A DNA stretch of 64,000 nt from Octopus vulgaris (lineage: Eukaryota), in contig OX597822.1 of the NCBI GenBank assembly GCA_951406725.2, forward strand, positions 40,672,001-40,736,000, written 5' to 3'. Shown here in pieces: positions 40,053-53,931 of this stretch. The notes beneath the pieces are model-generated. The model saw only the letters and a list, made by a program, of their open reading frames with translations, did no database searches and was not told the origin of the DNA. A program made the translations under genes and the position numbers. Position 1 is the stretch's first letter. The number at the start of each line of letters is the position of its first letter.

Positions 40053-41114
40053 TAGTTGGTAGAGATGCCGGTGGAATGGAGAAGAAACAAAAATAGCTGT
40101 ATAGGAAGGAAGAGCAAGGGGAGAAGGGAGAGGGTGATTAAAGTGTTTGCTGGAATTGAGTGGGTGACGGGAGGAGGTGTCGGTGATGGAATAAAGAGGG
40201 GAGGAGAAGAAGAAGAAGAAGAAGAAGAAGAAGAAGAAGAAGAAGAAGAAGAAGAAGAAGAAGAAGAAGAAGAAGAAGAAGAAGAAGAAGAAGAAGAAGA
40301 GTTGACTACAAATATGAAGGCAGAGGTGAGAGCTGGGAGTGGAAACGATGTGAGGTGCAGGCATAGGAAGGTTGACAGAAGAGGTAGCAGAGAGAGAGAG
40401 AGAGAGAGAGAGAGCAACAGACATACAGATAGACAGATAATGAAGCGGTTAAGAAATAGACAGATAAGGACAACTGTGAGTATGGCGGCAATGAACGGAT
40501 CCTTATGCATGACAGTACATGAATGTATGCCACAACATCACCAAGGTAACATTCCACTAAGATGATATCACCAAAAACATTGATAGCCCATAAGTAGTAG
40601 TCATATGATGGTTTGTTCACAGTTTATTACTTCAAAAGATTCAGGGACGTTGGAAAGAAAAAACCCGAACAACATAATGAAATGAAGAAATTCGGAACAA
40701 CAATAAAAGAACAAAAAAAAATCTGTGGAGGAAAAATATCAGGTAAGGCCTTCAGTTCCACCAGAATCATATTTCTGACTGTCTGGTGGTTTCCTTTGTA
40801 CAGTCTGCCAAATTCAGTCTTCGTATGCTTAGGTAGACAAACCCTGGCTCACCGAAAGTTTGAAAACCGTCGACTACGCTCACCATGGTTCAGCTGGTTT
40901 GCGGAAACGGTTGCTCAACGTGTGGCCGCTGTTGTTTTGCAGACAGCTTCAAGAGGCCACAAGTGAAATCTGGGTGTCAGGCGAAGACCAGAGCGAAAGA
41001 ATTATTCTGAAGAGCACCAGAAACACTGCTTCTGATGTACAATTACGTCTAAGCATATGTCTGAGTATGAATGTGTACAAACATACAAAGATACAAATCT
41101 ATATATGTATATAC

Positions 41115-41163
<49 letters not shown>

Positions 41164-41184
41164 CATGCATTCAAGTAGATGTAC

Positions 41185-41305
<121 letters not shown>

Positions 41306-41841
41306 TACATACATATAGATAATATATAGTTATATATAATATATAGGTAATATATACCCAAACATTCTGAAATGTTCGTACAGGAGCTTCCGACCCGAAT
41401 GCCAAGCAGTACAGCATGACATTTCCAAATTTCTAGCAAGGGGAATTCCATCATGCTGCTGTTTTACTCACAGATGGTGCCCAATGGATCCTACTATACT
41501 GTTTAGTTGACAAAATCAAAAATAAAGAATGCGCACGCTTAAAATAAAAAATATAAAATGCCAATAATTTACCCATCGCTCCCTATGAATGCTTCTATGT
41601 ATGTATGTATGTATGTATGTATGTATGTATGTATGTATGTATGTATGTATGTATGTATGTATCTATGTATGTATGTATGTATATACATATATATATATAT
41701 GGTCGTGACTTCTGGGACTGAGGAAAGAAACCCATCTGTTTTTACCTGTCCTTTGTTGTTTCTCTTGTCCGCCTTTGTATCGTCTATCTGTCCGAATGTT
41801 CTAATGTCCTCTATTGCGTTTCTGCTCCATTTATATATATA

Positions 41842-42248
41842 GGCGCAGGAGTGGCTGTGTGGTAAGTAGCTTGCTTACCAACCGCATGGTTCTGGGTTCA
41901 GTCCCACTGCGTGACACCTTGGGCAAGTGTCTTCTACAATAGCCTCGAGCCGACCAAAGCCTTGTGAGTGGATTTGGTAGACGGAAACTGAAAGAAGCCC
42001 GTTGCATATAAGTATATGTATATATGTGTGTGTGTATGTGTTTGTGTTTGTGTGTTTGTGTTTGTTCCCCCAACATTACTTGACAACCGATGCTGCTGTG
42101 TTTACGTCCCCGTCACTTAGCGGTTCGGCAAAAAAGACCGATGGAATAAGTACTAGGCTTACAAAGAATAAGTCCTGGGATTGATTTGCTCCACTAAAGG
42201 CGGTGCTCCAGCATGGCCGCAGTCAAATGACTGAAACAAGTAAAAGAG
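41842..42248 (+). mobile_element. SINE family A, full-length reference copy
   Basis: tRNA-like head, CORE-like gtgacaccttgggcaagtgtctt, internal TA/TG microsatellite, tail gcagtcaaatgactgaaacaagtaaaagag. Confidence 0.93.
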
Positions 42249-42271
42249 TTATATATATATATATATATATC

Positions 42272-42303
<32 letters not shown>

Positions 42304-42623
42304 TGACTTAGCTTCACATTACTCAAAGTTTCGTTGACGCAATGGCATACGAACATCCTTATACATATATATATAGATACATATGTGTGGGTTTGTGTGT
42401 GTATGTGTGTGTATTCTATATAATTGTGTCTGCGTACCATATGTTTCCCAATGTGCATGCGTGTGTGTGATGGTGGGTTTCTCTCATGTTCTTGACTCAT
42501 ATATCAATATGGATATATGAAACGCTAGTGGGACAATAATTCAAATACACACTGTATCATATTGTAATGAGCTGGAGTGTCTTAGCATGTAAAATATACA
42601 TACTTTACAAGCACACACACACA

Positions 42624-42658
<35 letters not shown>

Positions 42659-42723
42659 GCACAGACACACACATATATATATATACATAAATGCATACAT
42701 ATACATATGTAGATGTAAGTGTG

Positions 42724-42830
<107 letters not shown>

Positions 42831-43232
42831 ATATATATATATATATACGTATATATGTGTGTGTGTGTATGTATGTATGTATGTATGTATATATATATAT
42901 GTATGTATGTATTAAAGTATATCTATGTATATATACATATAGACATAGAGCATCTTGTGTATATATTCATATTGTACAAATATACGTGTACGTGTATTCA
43001 TGCATCCATGTATTTCATGCATATGTGTGTTTGTTTACATGTATGCAAGTATCAAAATATGTATGCGTATGTCCCTATCTGCATATGTGTACATGTATGC
43101 ACGTATGTCAGTATGTATGTATGTATATATGCATGATGAATTATGTGAGCGTCAGTGTGTGTGCGTGTTTATGTGTGTGTGTGTATGTCAATGTATGTGT
43201 GCGTGTGCCTCTGTGTGTGAGTGTGTGTGTGC

Positions 43233-43281
<49 letters not shown>

Positions 43282-43794
43282 TGTGTGTGTGTGTGTCAGA
43301 TATGACTTTAAACCGCTTCTAGTTGTGGAACCCTGATTAGGGAGTTCCAGGATTTTGATGACTGTGGAACCAGCATTAGCCACCATTGTCCCAAGGTCTT
43401 CTCTCTAAATCGGAGCAGTAACACCAGTCGGACATCCAGCAATGGATTAATTATCATATTGGGGCTTGTCTACCTGTGTATGTGAAGCATGGATCTGGCG
43501 AGCCCAGCAGAAGAAACCTTTATGGTTCAGCTGAGGAGAAAGCGACTGCAGCAACGCATATTATGGAGTGCAGAGAGTAAGACGAAGCAAATAAGACATA
43601 TCAGTCATCGAGTGTATCTGACCCAATTCCTAATCGTTTTGACCTAATTTTGTAACTGAACTGAAGATGGTCACGGGCGTGAGAGAGAGAGAGAGTGTGT
43701 GGCAGATGCTGCGCAACGCTTATTCGCTTTATTTAAAACCACTGCACAGGACATCACTCAGACGAGCATGTATGTATGACTGTATGTGTGTGTC

Positions 43795-44185
43795 AGAAAC
43801 CTGGACATTATCAAAGAAGCTTGAGAGGCGGTTGGATGGAACCTACACTCGCCTCCTTATGAGAGTTCAAAATCTCTCGTGGAAGCGTCATCCAACCAAA
43901 ATGCAAATATATGGGAAACTACTACCTGTGTCATCTCTTGTGAAAGGTTGGAGAGTCCAGTTTGCTGGACATTGTTGTAGAGCTGAAAGCGAGGCAATTT
44001 CTACTCTTCTCCTCTGGAAGCCATCTACTCGCAATACCAGAGGGCGCACACTCTCCTACCCTGATGTGATCTCCAGGGATACAGGCATCCAGCAACAGGA
44101 CCTCCGTAATGCTATGATGGACCGTGAAGTCTGGTGTAGCATGGTAAATTCCATTGTCTCGACCACGGTCGAACGATGATGATTA
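43795..44185 (+). mobile_element. 3' fragment of an RTE-clade LINE with (GAT)n tail
   Basis: ETWTLSKKLERRLDGTYTRLLMRVQNLSWKRH...QFAGHCCR...AMMDREVW is a typical RTE C-terminus. The stop runs into tgatgatt. Confidence 0.88.
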
Positions 44186-44829
44186 TGTGTGTCATGTGCG
44201 CGCGTATATATTACTGAAGCTAACTATGTCGAGCTCGAGATATATCATAGAACTTCAGAAATGAGTGTGTGAGTGTGAGTGAGTACCTGCATGCATGCGC
44301 GTGTGTGTGTCTTACAGTCTCTATTATCAAATTTACTCCCGCCCCTACTAATACCACAATATCAATCAGCTTTTATTTGATGTCTTCACCCCTATTCTCT
44401 GCAAATCTTGTCTTACTCTGGGACTATTCAAAAGTGTGCTATTCTTTGTATATGGCACTGCTAAGCAGTTCATCGTGTTTCAGATTTTGCTTAAATGTTG
44501 GCTATCTTTCCAGAACTGTAGTCATACCAAATCACATTACCTATATTAATACTTACATGTGTCTGTCTATCTGTACGTATGTACGTATGTACGTATTTAT
44601 GTATGTATTTATGTATGTATGTATGTATGTATGCTTATGTGTAAATATATTTATGTATGTACGTATGAGTGTATGTACGTCTGTTTGTGTATGCACGTGT
44701 GTGTCTGTTTGTATATTTGTGTGTGTTTACAAATGAATGTATACATTTATGTACGCATGACATGAAGTAAGCGGGAAAATGTGTGTCTGCGTACACACAC
44801 ACACGCACGCATATATATATGCGTGTGTG

Positions 44830-44872
<43 letters not shown>

Positions 44873-44969
44873 TTGTGTGTGTTTATGTATATATATATAT
44901 ATATATTTATATATATGTATATATATATATATACATATATATACATATATACATATATATATATATACA

Positions 44970-45058
<89 letters not shown>

Positions 45059-45869
45059 TCATAATCGTACAAATACAAACGCACTTAAGTTCGTTCGTGT
45101 GATGTACATAAACGTTTGTGTGCTCATGTGTATGTGTTTATATGTGTATCCCAGAATGTGCAGTCTATAACACTGTACAATATATACACTTCCCTGTTTC
45201 AGGATTCCTGCTGCGGATGGAGAATATTCCATCGGGATTCCTTTATAATCTTTTTCTAAAGTTTTGACAAGTTAATCCTTAGGAATTCGACATCAAAAGA
45301 TGCCGCCATTTCTAATCAACCTTCTACCTCCCCTTCGCCACCATTTCGCTGAAATATTTAGATCTAGAATAGATATGGTTGCTGCTTTTCATAAAAACAC
45401 TAACCCTCTTTCTAACAGGAGGTGTGGTTTTTATGAATACAGTATTATTTCTCTACAATTCTTTAGTTTTTGAAAATATTTGTCTGAATTCTTTAAATCG
45501 TCTTGTGAATTCTTTTATTCAAAATATTTTCTCTAAATATTTTCAAGAATTCTTTTCTATTTCAAACAGCTTCTTTTTCTCTCTCTTTTTAACACTTCCA
45601 CTGCGAAATTATATGTCATGGTTATTCCATTAGTAATGTTAAATATTAACCAAAAAGAAAAAAGAAAGAAAGGAAGGAAGAATGAAAGAAAGAAAGAAAG
45701 AAAGAAAGAAAGGAAGGAAGAATAGAATAGAATTGGTATTTTCTACAAATCATTTTGCCTCAATACCCTTGACATATCTCAAAGAGAAATAGTTTCAAAC
45801 ACGATATTCCTTTACAAAAGATATTTTATTGATGAATAAAACGGTTTTCTTCAGTAAAAGGACTAAGTG

Positions 45870-46278
45870 TAGGACAAAACCCACCTAGGATAAAACCTCT
45901 TAGATGGGAAAAAAAAACCCGCCATGAATATACCTCTGAGCACAAGACACCTAGACAAAAAAAAAAAGCTATTTTTATATCATAATGTTTATTTTATCAT
46001 TTGTAATTTAAGAAAATTTTTCTGAAATGCAAAATATTAATTCTATAATTACCCTAATGACAAAACTAAGCATAGTAAAGGGAACATCATATTGTATCTT
46101 TGAAAAATGAAAACAAACACAATATTGTATACCAAATTAAGAGCTGAGGTTCATTTAACGCTCATTTTACTGAAACCTGATGCTGTACCCTACGCCATTC
46201 TCAGACTCCTCCCTGTTCTTCCTCTCATTCACATAGTCCAAAGGGGGTGTTGTTCTAGAGTAGTTTTGTCTGGACCCC
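45870..46278. mobile_element. Old MITE-like element with degenerate, internally repeated TIRs
   Basis: ggacaaaacccacctaggataaaacc on the left versus the reverse complement of ggtgttgttctagagtagttttgtctgg on the right. Confidence 0.4.
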
Positions 46279-46440
46279 AAAAGGGCAACAGAGTAGTCTC
46301 CGGCATTTTCTGATTCGAAATATTTCTGTAAGATTAGACAAGAATTTTATTTTGTATTGTGTTTGATCGATTGTCCTCCGTTTTCGTATAATCTGGTCAG
46401 AAAGTTTCTCATAGTCACAAACGATCAAAATTTCTTCATA

Positions 46441-46839
46441 TCTTTATATATAAAAGTGAAGTTGTGTGTCTGTCTCCTACGATTTACATTCCTAACTACT
46501 CCCACATTTTGCGGTGCAGTTTAACCAAAACCGGGTATCTTATAGTCGTGATTCATATCGAGCCCTTCTGGGTATTAGCGCGCGACTACGATGAGTCTAC
46601 GATTAAAAAAAAAAATTTACCATAATTCTTTTCCATTTTAATGCATTTTTTCGCTATTATATAAGGGAAGTAGCTCTCTAAAAATGTCTACGATGAGTCA
46701 ACGATTTAAAAAAAAATTTACCATAATTTGTTTTTCCATTTTTAATGCATTTTTTGCTATTTTTTGGCTATAACTCTCTAAAAATGCTTATATAATTATT
46801 TCCCTTACAAACCCGAGCAACGCCGGGCGATACTGCTAG
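46441..46839 (+). mobile_element. Non-autonomous Helitron
   Basis: A|TCTTTATATATAAAA 5' end, subterminal hairpin CCCG-AGCAACGC-CGGG, and CTAG|T 3' end. Internal ~100-bp tandem duplication. Confidence 0.88.
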
Positions 46840-47689
46840 TAACAACTAAACGTCCAAAGATCCACCGAAGCATCCTTCATGTGGTCATTCGACTCGCTAG
46901 AAATAGCAACCGAATCTTCTACAAGCCAAAAAAATATAAGGATACAATGATATAGTCTTATATATGTCGGGATGCTCAAGGATGGAATGTATTCTAGCGT
47001 AGATGAACTCAATCGGATTTCATCTGGGCTACATTACAACAACAACAACAACAACCACAGCAGCAGCTGCAACAACATCAACAACTATATTCCCCACCCC
47101 ACCTCAAATATCTGAATATCTCTAATTAAGAACCACGGAAATCTGTGACATAGTTACTGGACTTGCTAAATATAGCAGCCAAATCGTCGACAAACTTTTT
47201 TGTTCTTTGCAAAGAAACTGTAGAACAAACGTTGGACTTATTCCAATGTGGTAGTCAAGAACCTCAAACTTCCTAACCCCTTTAATATAGGGGCCACAAA
47301 CATTAGTGATACATTTCTAGGTAGTCGCTTAGATGATTTAATATAGCAACTGTATTTCAATAATTTTGGAACGCACGATGTCAGAGAATCAGGATACTAA
47401 AGCAACCATTTTCTTTAAAATATACGAATCATGTGTGACTGCGTAGAATCCGATCGATACAACAGAGATACCATCTCAACAAAGGCTTCACCATATCTAA
47501 AATGAGGAAACACGAAACATCAAAAGACCTTATAAATAAAGCAGCGAAATCACTCATAAGTACAACGTCCTTCTTAAAACAGAACATATATGTAACAGTA
47601 AGGTACATGCCTAATACAGCACTCCTGATCCACCCCAAGAAACCTCTCTATTGAACAACAATACTTATCGATCTAAGAGAAACTAGAAT

Positions 47690-47950
47690 AGATAATAGCG
47701 TATAAATATTGGGTTTAAAACCCCTAGCTTTATCTGCTTCGAGATTCGTCGATCCAATAAAGAAATACTTAACGTCTTCTCTAAGTTGATAAATTCGTAT
47801 GATGTCATCAAAATACAATCCTTGCTGGTAAAAATAAGGTTTCTAAAAGGGTCAGAGTAATTCGAAGAATTGCTTTGGTACAATGGTAGTAAGCCTGTCG
47901 TGTTTATTGGAGGTATGGGGTCGAGTCCTGTGTGGTCTTCGATCCTTTCT
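47690..47950 (-). mobile_element. Possible decayed Penelope-like RT fragment
   Basis: Minus strand echoes of GTAMGTKxAPNYAxLF (..TKA..NYSDPF) followed by GLYFDDII (YxDD-like), with frameshifts. Confidence 0.35.
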
Positions 47951-49689
47951 ATCCAAAGAGTTTTTTGACACAGTATTTACATGCTATTCTTCGTGTTTCA
48001 CCGTTCAAAAAAAAAAAAAAAGAAGAAAAAAAGAATTCACCATTCATCAGGTAAAAATGTTGGTAATGATTTTACATGGTTTCATGTATCAAAGGGAAAA
48101 GTTCTTTATGAGTTCCTTGACAAACAAAAAATGTCACAAGACTTGTCAAAGAAATAACGAATTATCTTAATGGAGAAAACCCAACCAAGTGAATGTCGAC
48201 AGGGTGTTCGGGTTAAATTTAACGATTTTTTTTATCTCTCCTTTTTTTCAGGAAGATCTTGATGTATTGGTGAATGAGCAACAGCGTTGGAGAACGTAAA
48301 GATTAAAGTGGTATTACAGTTGAGAAGAAGTCAGTGTATCATTTTTCAAACTCTGAAATTATGGACGCTGTTCTGAGTGTTGCAAAAAACAGAGGAAGTG
48401 ATGATCACGAAGCGGATATCGCTTAAAGACTTTCTTTCCATTGACTAGTTAATCGTGTCGGTGAGTGAAATGATCAAAGTGTCAGAGCAACTCCCTTTTG
48501 TTATGCAACAAAAACTACTGAATTTTCATTTGTTGCTTGAACAAATTACATAGCGAGGACACAAACCGCGCGAAGTTACGTTGCTGAGATGAATGTTTGA
48601 AAAGATAGCCAAGCAGACTGTTTGCCCTGGATCTTCAAATTAAAACACCTCAAATGTCTCACTCGCAAAATCTGGAATGCAAAATGAAATCATCAACTAC
48701 AAAACAGACAGCGATTTTGATGACCCTCAATTTCCAGACACTTGTAATTAAATCCATTCAAATTCTAAAATTTGCCAACTAGAGTGCAGTAATATCGCAG
48801 CATTCTTTGTAAAATAATTCGCTAATAAACACACTAATGTAATAATGCAATGCATAACTACTTGTATTCCATTTATAAAATTTATATTTAATTCGCTGCA
48901 TTTGTTGAATTTAAGTTTCTATAGCAATCCGTGGTAATTTGGACGCATGGGAAGTGTAGAATAAATAGGTTCGAAATGTGCTGGTGTATTATTATTACGT
49001 GGAAACGACTGGCCCTGTAAAACACTTAATCTAGCAAGGATTTGAAACCCTAGATACCGGAAAATGGGTAGAGTGTATGCATATACTCTAGACATTTACT
49101 AGAGCTATACAGTAAATATCTACCCTTGGATACGCTCTGTACGTACAAACCTTCTTCAACATTCACTGTACTACATGGAAGGACCTGTACCCACCCCTGT
49201 TGCCGTTGAGTAGATTACTGGAACTTCATCTACCATGATTAGACTTGAAATTAATACTGGAATAGTTTCTCCCTTTGACTTCTCCAGTCAGGCTGGATTT
49301 GAACTCAGAATGTAGAGAGCCGGAGGATATAACGTAAAGTATTTTTGCTGATGCGCCAACGATTCTATCTCTCACCCACCCATAGAATAATGTAAAATGA
49401 AGTGTTTGTTCGACATTCCACAGTACTCTACAGTTACAACTTGGCATTGGGACGTGATCTAAAATTCCATTCATCGAACCCTTTATTATATATGGGTGTG
49501 AAACACCTTGGTTTGTACAAAGTCTTGTGGAGTTTTCCGTAATACCTTCATCCTTGTGATAATTCCAGCCGCCGTAAGTTTTATCAGAGCAGATTCAAGC
49601 ATATTTTCTTGCTTGCGGGTGATGTTTGCTTGTTTGATTGTTTGTTGAGCGAAGCGGTCTTCGTGGGAGAAGTCCGAAACGTGGTCCTT

Positions 49690-49990
49690 TGCTATTCGTA
49701 AGACCCGCAGAAGAGAAAGCAGGTCAACCCCCGACACTGAGAGCATCGACGGATGGATGAATGCGCATCCAGGCTCAGCGGTTGAGTAGGAAGTCGGGGA
49801 CAAGAAACAGGAAGAAAGAGTGAGAGAAAGTTGGAGCGAAAGAGTACAACATGGGTTGCCACCAACCCCTGCCGGAGCTGGTGGAGTTTTAGGTGTATTC
49901 GTTTAATATACACACACAACGCCCAGTCTGGGAATCGAAACCGCGATCCTCCGACCGCGAGTCCACTGCCTTAACCATTGGGCCATTTGC
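49690..49990 (-). mobile_element. tRNA-derived SINE (family D)
   Basis: Minus strand gcaaatggcccaatggttaaggcagtggactcgcggtcggaggatcgcggtttcgattccc has A and B boxes, followed by a non-tRNA body. Confidence 0.75.
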
Positions 49991-50382
49991 GGGTGATGAC
50001 TCCTTTTGAAATACCTCTGAAATCAACTGTTTTGGTCCTACAAGCGATCTCAGCGTTATATCTCGCAAATTCGCCTCTATTAGAAACCGCTGTCATGTTT
50101 GCCACTTTGAGTAATGAGGTACATGACAGATTAATATTTCTATTGAAAATGCTATGATATCTAGGTTAGTAAATTTTTTTATTCATTCATGATGGCCTTT
50201 GGTCATAGCCTCGTGTAAATTATTAGTTGTGTAGCACTTTCAGTTAAAATACACATCGTTACAAGAAATAAGATGTATCCTGTGAGGTTTGTATCGCTGT
50301 CTATACTTCTAGTCACGATACGCACATGAACACACACACATACACACATACTAAAACACTTAAAACAGGATCATGGCAAAAA

Positions 50383-50449
<67 letters not shown>

Positions 50450-50769
50450 CTATACACAATTTTGCTAACATCTAACTCTTTCTCTTTTTCTATATCTCTC
50501 GTTTTATATGCGTGTGGAGGAATGTATGTGAGTGTATTTTGTTGTGTGTTGGAGGGGTCATTATGCCAAAAATACGAACACATGCACAAGTTCAATTCTA
50601 CTTCTTTACTATTAACCGATAGTATCGTAACCAATTCACATTCTTAACTAATTCACATAACCAATTGACTAGTGATAATAAAGAAGTGGAACTGAACCTG
50701 TGCGTCTGAAAGGTGGGTGAATTGTGCAAGAATGGCCAGTATAAATGGACCAATTCTGAGGTTTCGCCT

Positions 50770-51226
<457 letters not shown>

Positions 51227-52402
51227 CATTATTGGCGTAAGGACTCTCCCAAGACAACATTTGTTTCAACACGTGAATTTAAACCGAGAAACTTGCAAAT
51301 CAAATTCGAAAATTATGCATGTATGTATGTATGTATGTATGTATGTATGTATGTATGTATGTATGTATGTATGCATGCATGCATGCATGTATGTATGTTT
51401 GCTCGTTTGCATGCTTTCATGTTTGTATGTTTGTATGTTTGTATGTATTATATCTGTATGTATGTATGTTTGCATATATTATGTATGTATATGCCAATGT
51501 ATATGCACATACATACATATATACTCAAAATGCATAAGCACACACACTCACACACAGAGAAAGAGAGAGAGTGAGAGAGAGAGAGAGAGAGAGAGAATAA
51601 TGAGTATAAAGAGAGAAATTGAAATACTAAAAGTGATAAGCAAAACATCGTTAATCTCATTGTAAAGTAGAAAGAAAGACAGAAAGGAAGAAAAAGAAAG
51701 AAAGAAAGAAAGGGAAGTAGGGTTGGGGGAAGAAAGTTAGGGTGTGTATAGTGGGTATGAAGTCTGTCATCACTTGACATTACAGCTGCCTCTCCACCCG
51801 AGGCTGTGCTGACATCTTGTTGGGAAGATAGGACGGTCAGAACGATGGGGTATATGGCGATGATGGTGATGTTAATGGTGATGATGGTAGGGGGTTTTGG
51901 TGGTGATAGTGTTGGTGGCGGTGGTGGTTGGTGCTGGTGGTGGTTGGCAATGGTGATAATGGCGGTGGTGGTAATAGCATTGTTGGTGATGGTGGTTGCA
52001 GTAGTGGGTGGTGGTGTTATTGACTGATAATGATGGTGGTGGTGGTGGTGGTGGTGGGTGGTGGTGGTGGTGGTGGTGGTAATGGTTTTGGTGGTGGTGG
52101 TGGTGGTGGTGATTGGTGAAGGTGGGTGACGGGGTTTGATGGAAATTTTCGTTGTTCTCGTCTGTTTGTCTGGAGATAAGGTTTCGTCTCGTCGGTAGGG
52201 GCCTGTCTCCCTACATACTGTTATGTCATGTTATATTAAAAGACAAACATTCAGGAATAAAGAATGGGAGTTAAATTTACCATTCCGAGATCCCCTTCCA
52301 GATCCTTAAAAAACAGTCAATCTATCTTACTTATTTCTCCATCTCGTCGCCAAAATACTTTGAAGTCTCACAGAAGTAGGGTCAAAAGGCTTGCCAGGTT
52401 TC

Positions 52403-52416
52403 ATTGCCATGGCAAC
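52403..52416. promoter_or_regulatory. RFX X-box-like palindrome in a unique-sequence island
   Basis: ATTGCCATGGCAAC is a 13/14 match to the palindromic X-box GTTGCCATGGCAAC. Function untested. Confidence 0.35.
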
Positions 52417-52546
52417 CAGAGATAGTCGATGAAGCCGTACATTTATCGCAAGTTAATGGTGACCGCATGTTTCTATAAAATCTTACAATAAGTAATTGCT
52501 TTTGAAACAGGAACTGGAAGGATTACAGGTCGTAATATGTATACGA

Positions 52547-52585
<39 letters not shown>

Positions 52586-52602
52586 GATAGATAGATAGAT
52601 AT

Positions 52603-53691
52603 GTTTCTTTATTAGCCACACAGGGCTGCACACAGATAGAACAAATTACAAGGTAGAGCTTTTCTTTTGAAGGTTTAAAAAAAAAAATAAAAAAGAAAGG
52701 AAGGGGGAGTTTCGATCAAAAGGGATCGTAAAAGGAGAGAAAGAGGACAAAAAAGGGGGGTTAAAAAAAGGGGAGAGAAAAAAAAAAAATTGATCAATAG
52801 GGATCGTTATCACAGAAATGTCAATATGAAGTGTAAAGGGGAGGACAGGTGAGGTTTACCCGTGGAAAGAAAAGCCTACGGAAAAGACCACGGTAACCTC
52901 GGTCAATGAAGTCACATTTTATATTTCTTTTTTTTTTTTTTTTTTTTGCAAATAAGCAACTCTCTGTTTTCGATTTCTGGGTTCATAGGACTATGCTCAA
53001 GGTGGCTTCGTCATTCATACGTGCCATTCTTGCTACATTCACCCATCTTTTTTAAAACATTCGCTAGACAAAACTTGCCTCTCTACTCTCACTTTCCTTT
53101 TCAAGTGGTACTTGAAGAAGTTGATGAGAGATTGACCAGAGAGGTAAGTGTTTGTCTCCAATCCTTTCAGACGCGTCCACCAGATACATTCTTTCGCCAT
53201 AGCCACAAGGATGATGAAAATAGCTCTTCCTTCCCGTTTGAAGGAAGGAGGCGTGACAATATTGACGATAGACTCAGCTGATAAACCGACTCGTCCCACA
53301 CGTGACAGCAGTTGTTCGACATAAGCCCACAGGTCGGAAATTGTTGGACACTGAACGAGTGCGTGCAGAACGGTTTCGTCGCTCTGACCGCATCTCGGGC
53401 AGGTCGGCCCCGTGTTTCTCGAGCCGTGTCTGTAGAGCTTATCCCGAACGGGTAGCGCTTCTCGGTAGCACTGCCAGGCCAGGGATCTCTGGAAGTTGTC
53501 CATGGGCCCTGGCCCGAAAGTCGTCCTGAACAGGCGGGTCAGGTACTCCTCGTCGACGTCCAGGTTCGCCCCGAGCTCGTCGTCGTACCTCCCCTCCACT
53601 AAACCCCTATAGAATGCTTTGGTTGTGTTGAAGTCACTTAAGGTCGACCCAGGACGGCAGAGTTGCTTGAGAGCAACGCGACACTCGCGTT

Positions 53692-53692
<1 letters not shown>
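52603..53692 (-). mobile_element. 5'-truncated Tx1/L1-clade LINE (ORF2 C-terminal zinc-binding region plus 3' UTR) inserted in (GATA)n
   Basis: LAWQCYREALPVRDKL...CPRCGQSDETVLHALVQC...W is zf-RVT-like. A frameshift in an A-run near 53050 precedes RWVNVAR...IVL*. AATAAA at the 3' end; (GATA)n on both flanks. Confidence 0.9.
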
Positions 53693-53747
<55 letters not shown>

Positions 53748-53778
53748 CACACGCACACACATGTATGTATGTATATAC

Positions 53779-53869
<91 letters not shown>

Positions 53870-53873
53870 TAGG

Positions 53874-53931
<58 letters not shown>

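Noticed and set aside
40056-40565. 169-aa ORF with poly-Glu
   Set aside because: Built from (GAA)n and (GA)n repeats; no recognisable domain or convincing exon structure.
43460-43545. HDV-like ribozyme in the putative RTE 5' region
   Set aside because: Only a simple hairpin could be drawn; the P2, P3 and P1.1 pseudoknot elements were not found.
48199-48900. Second maT/Tc1-like element
   Set aside because: Only the terminus resembles the 31525 end; no readable transposase motif, so it is not listed as a separate feature.
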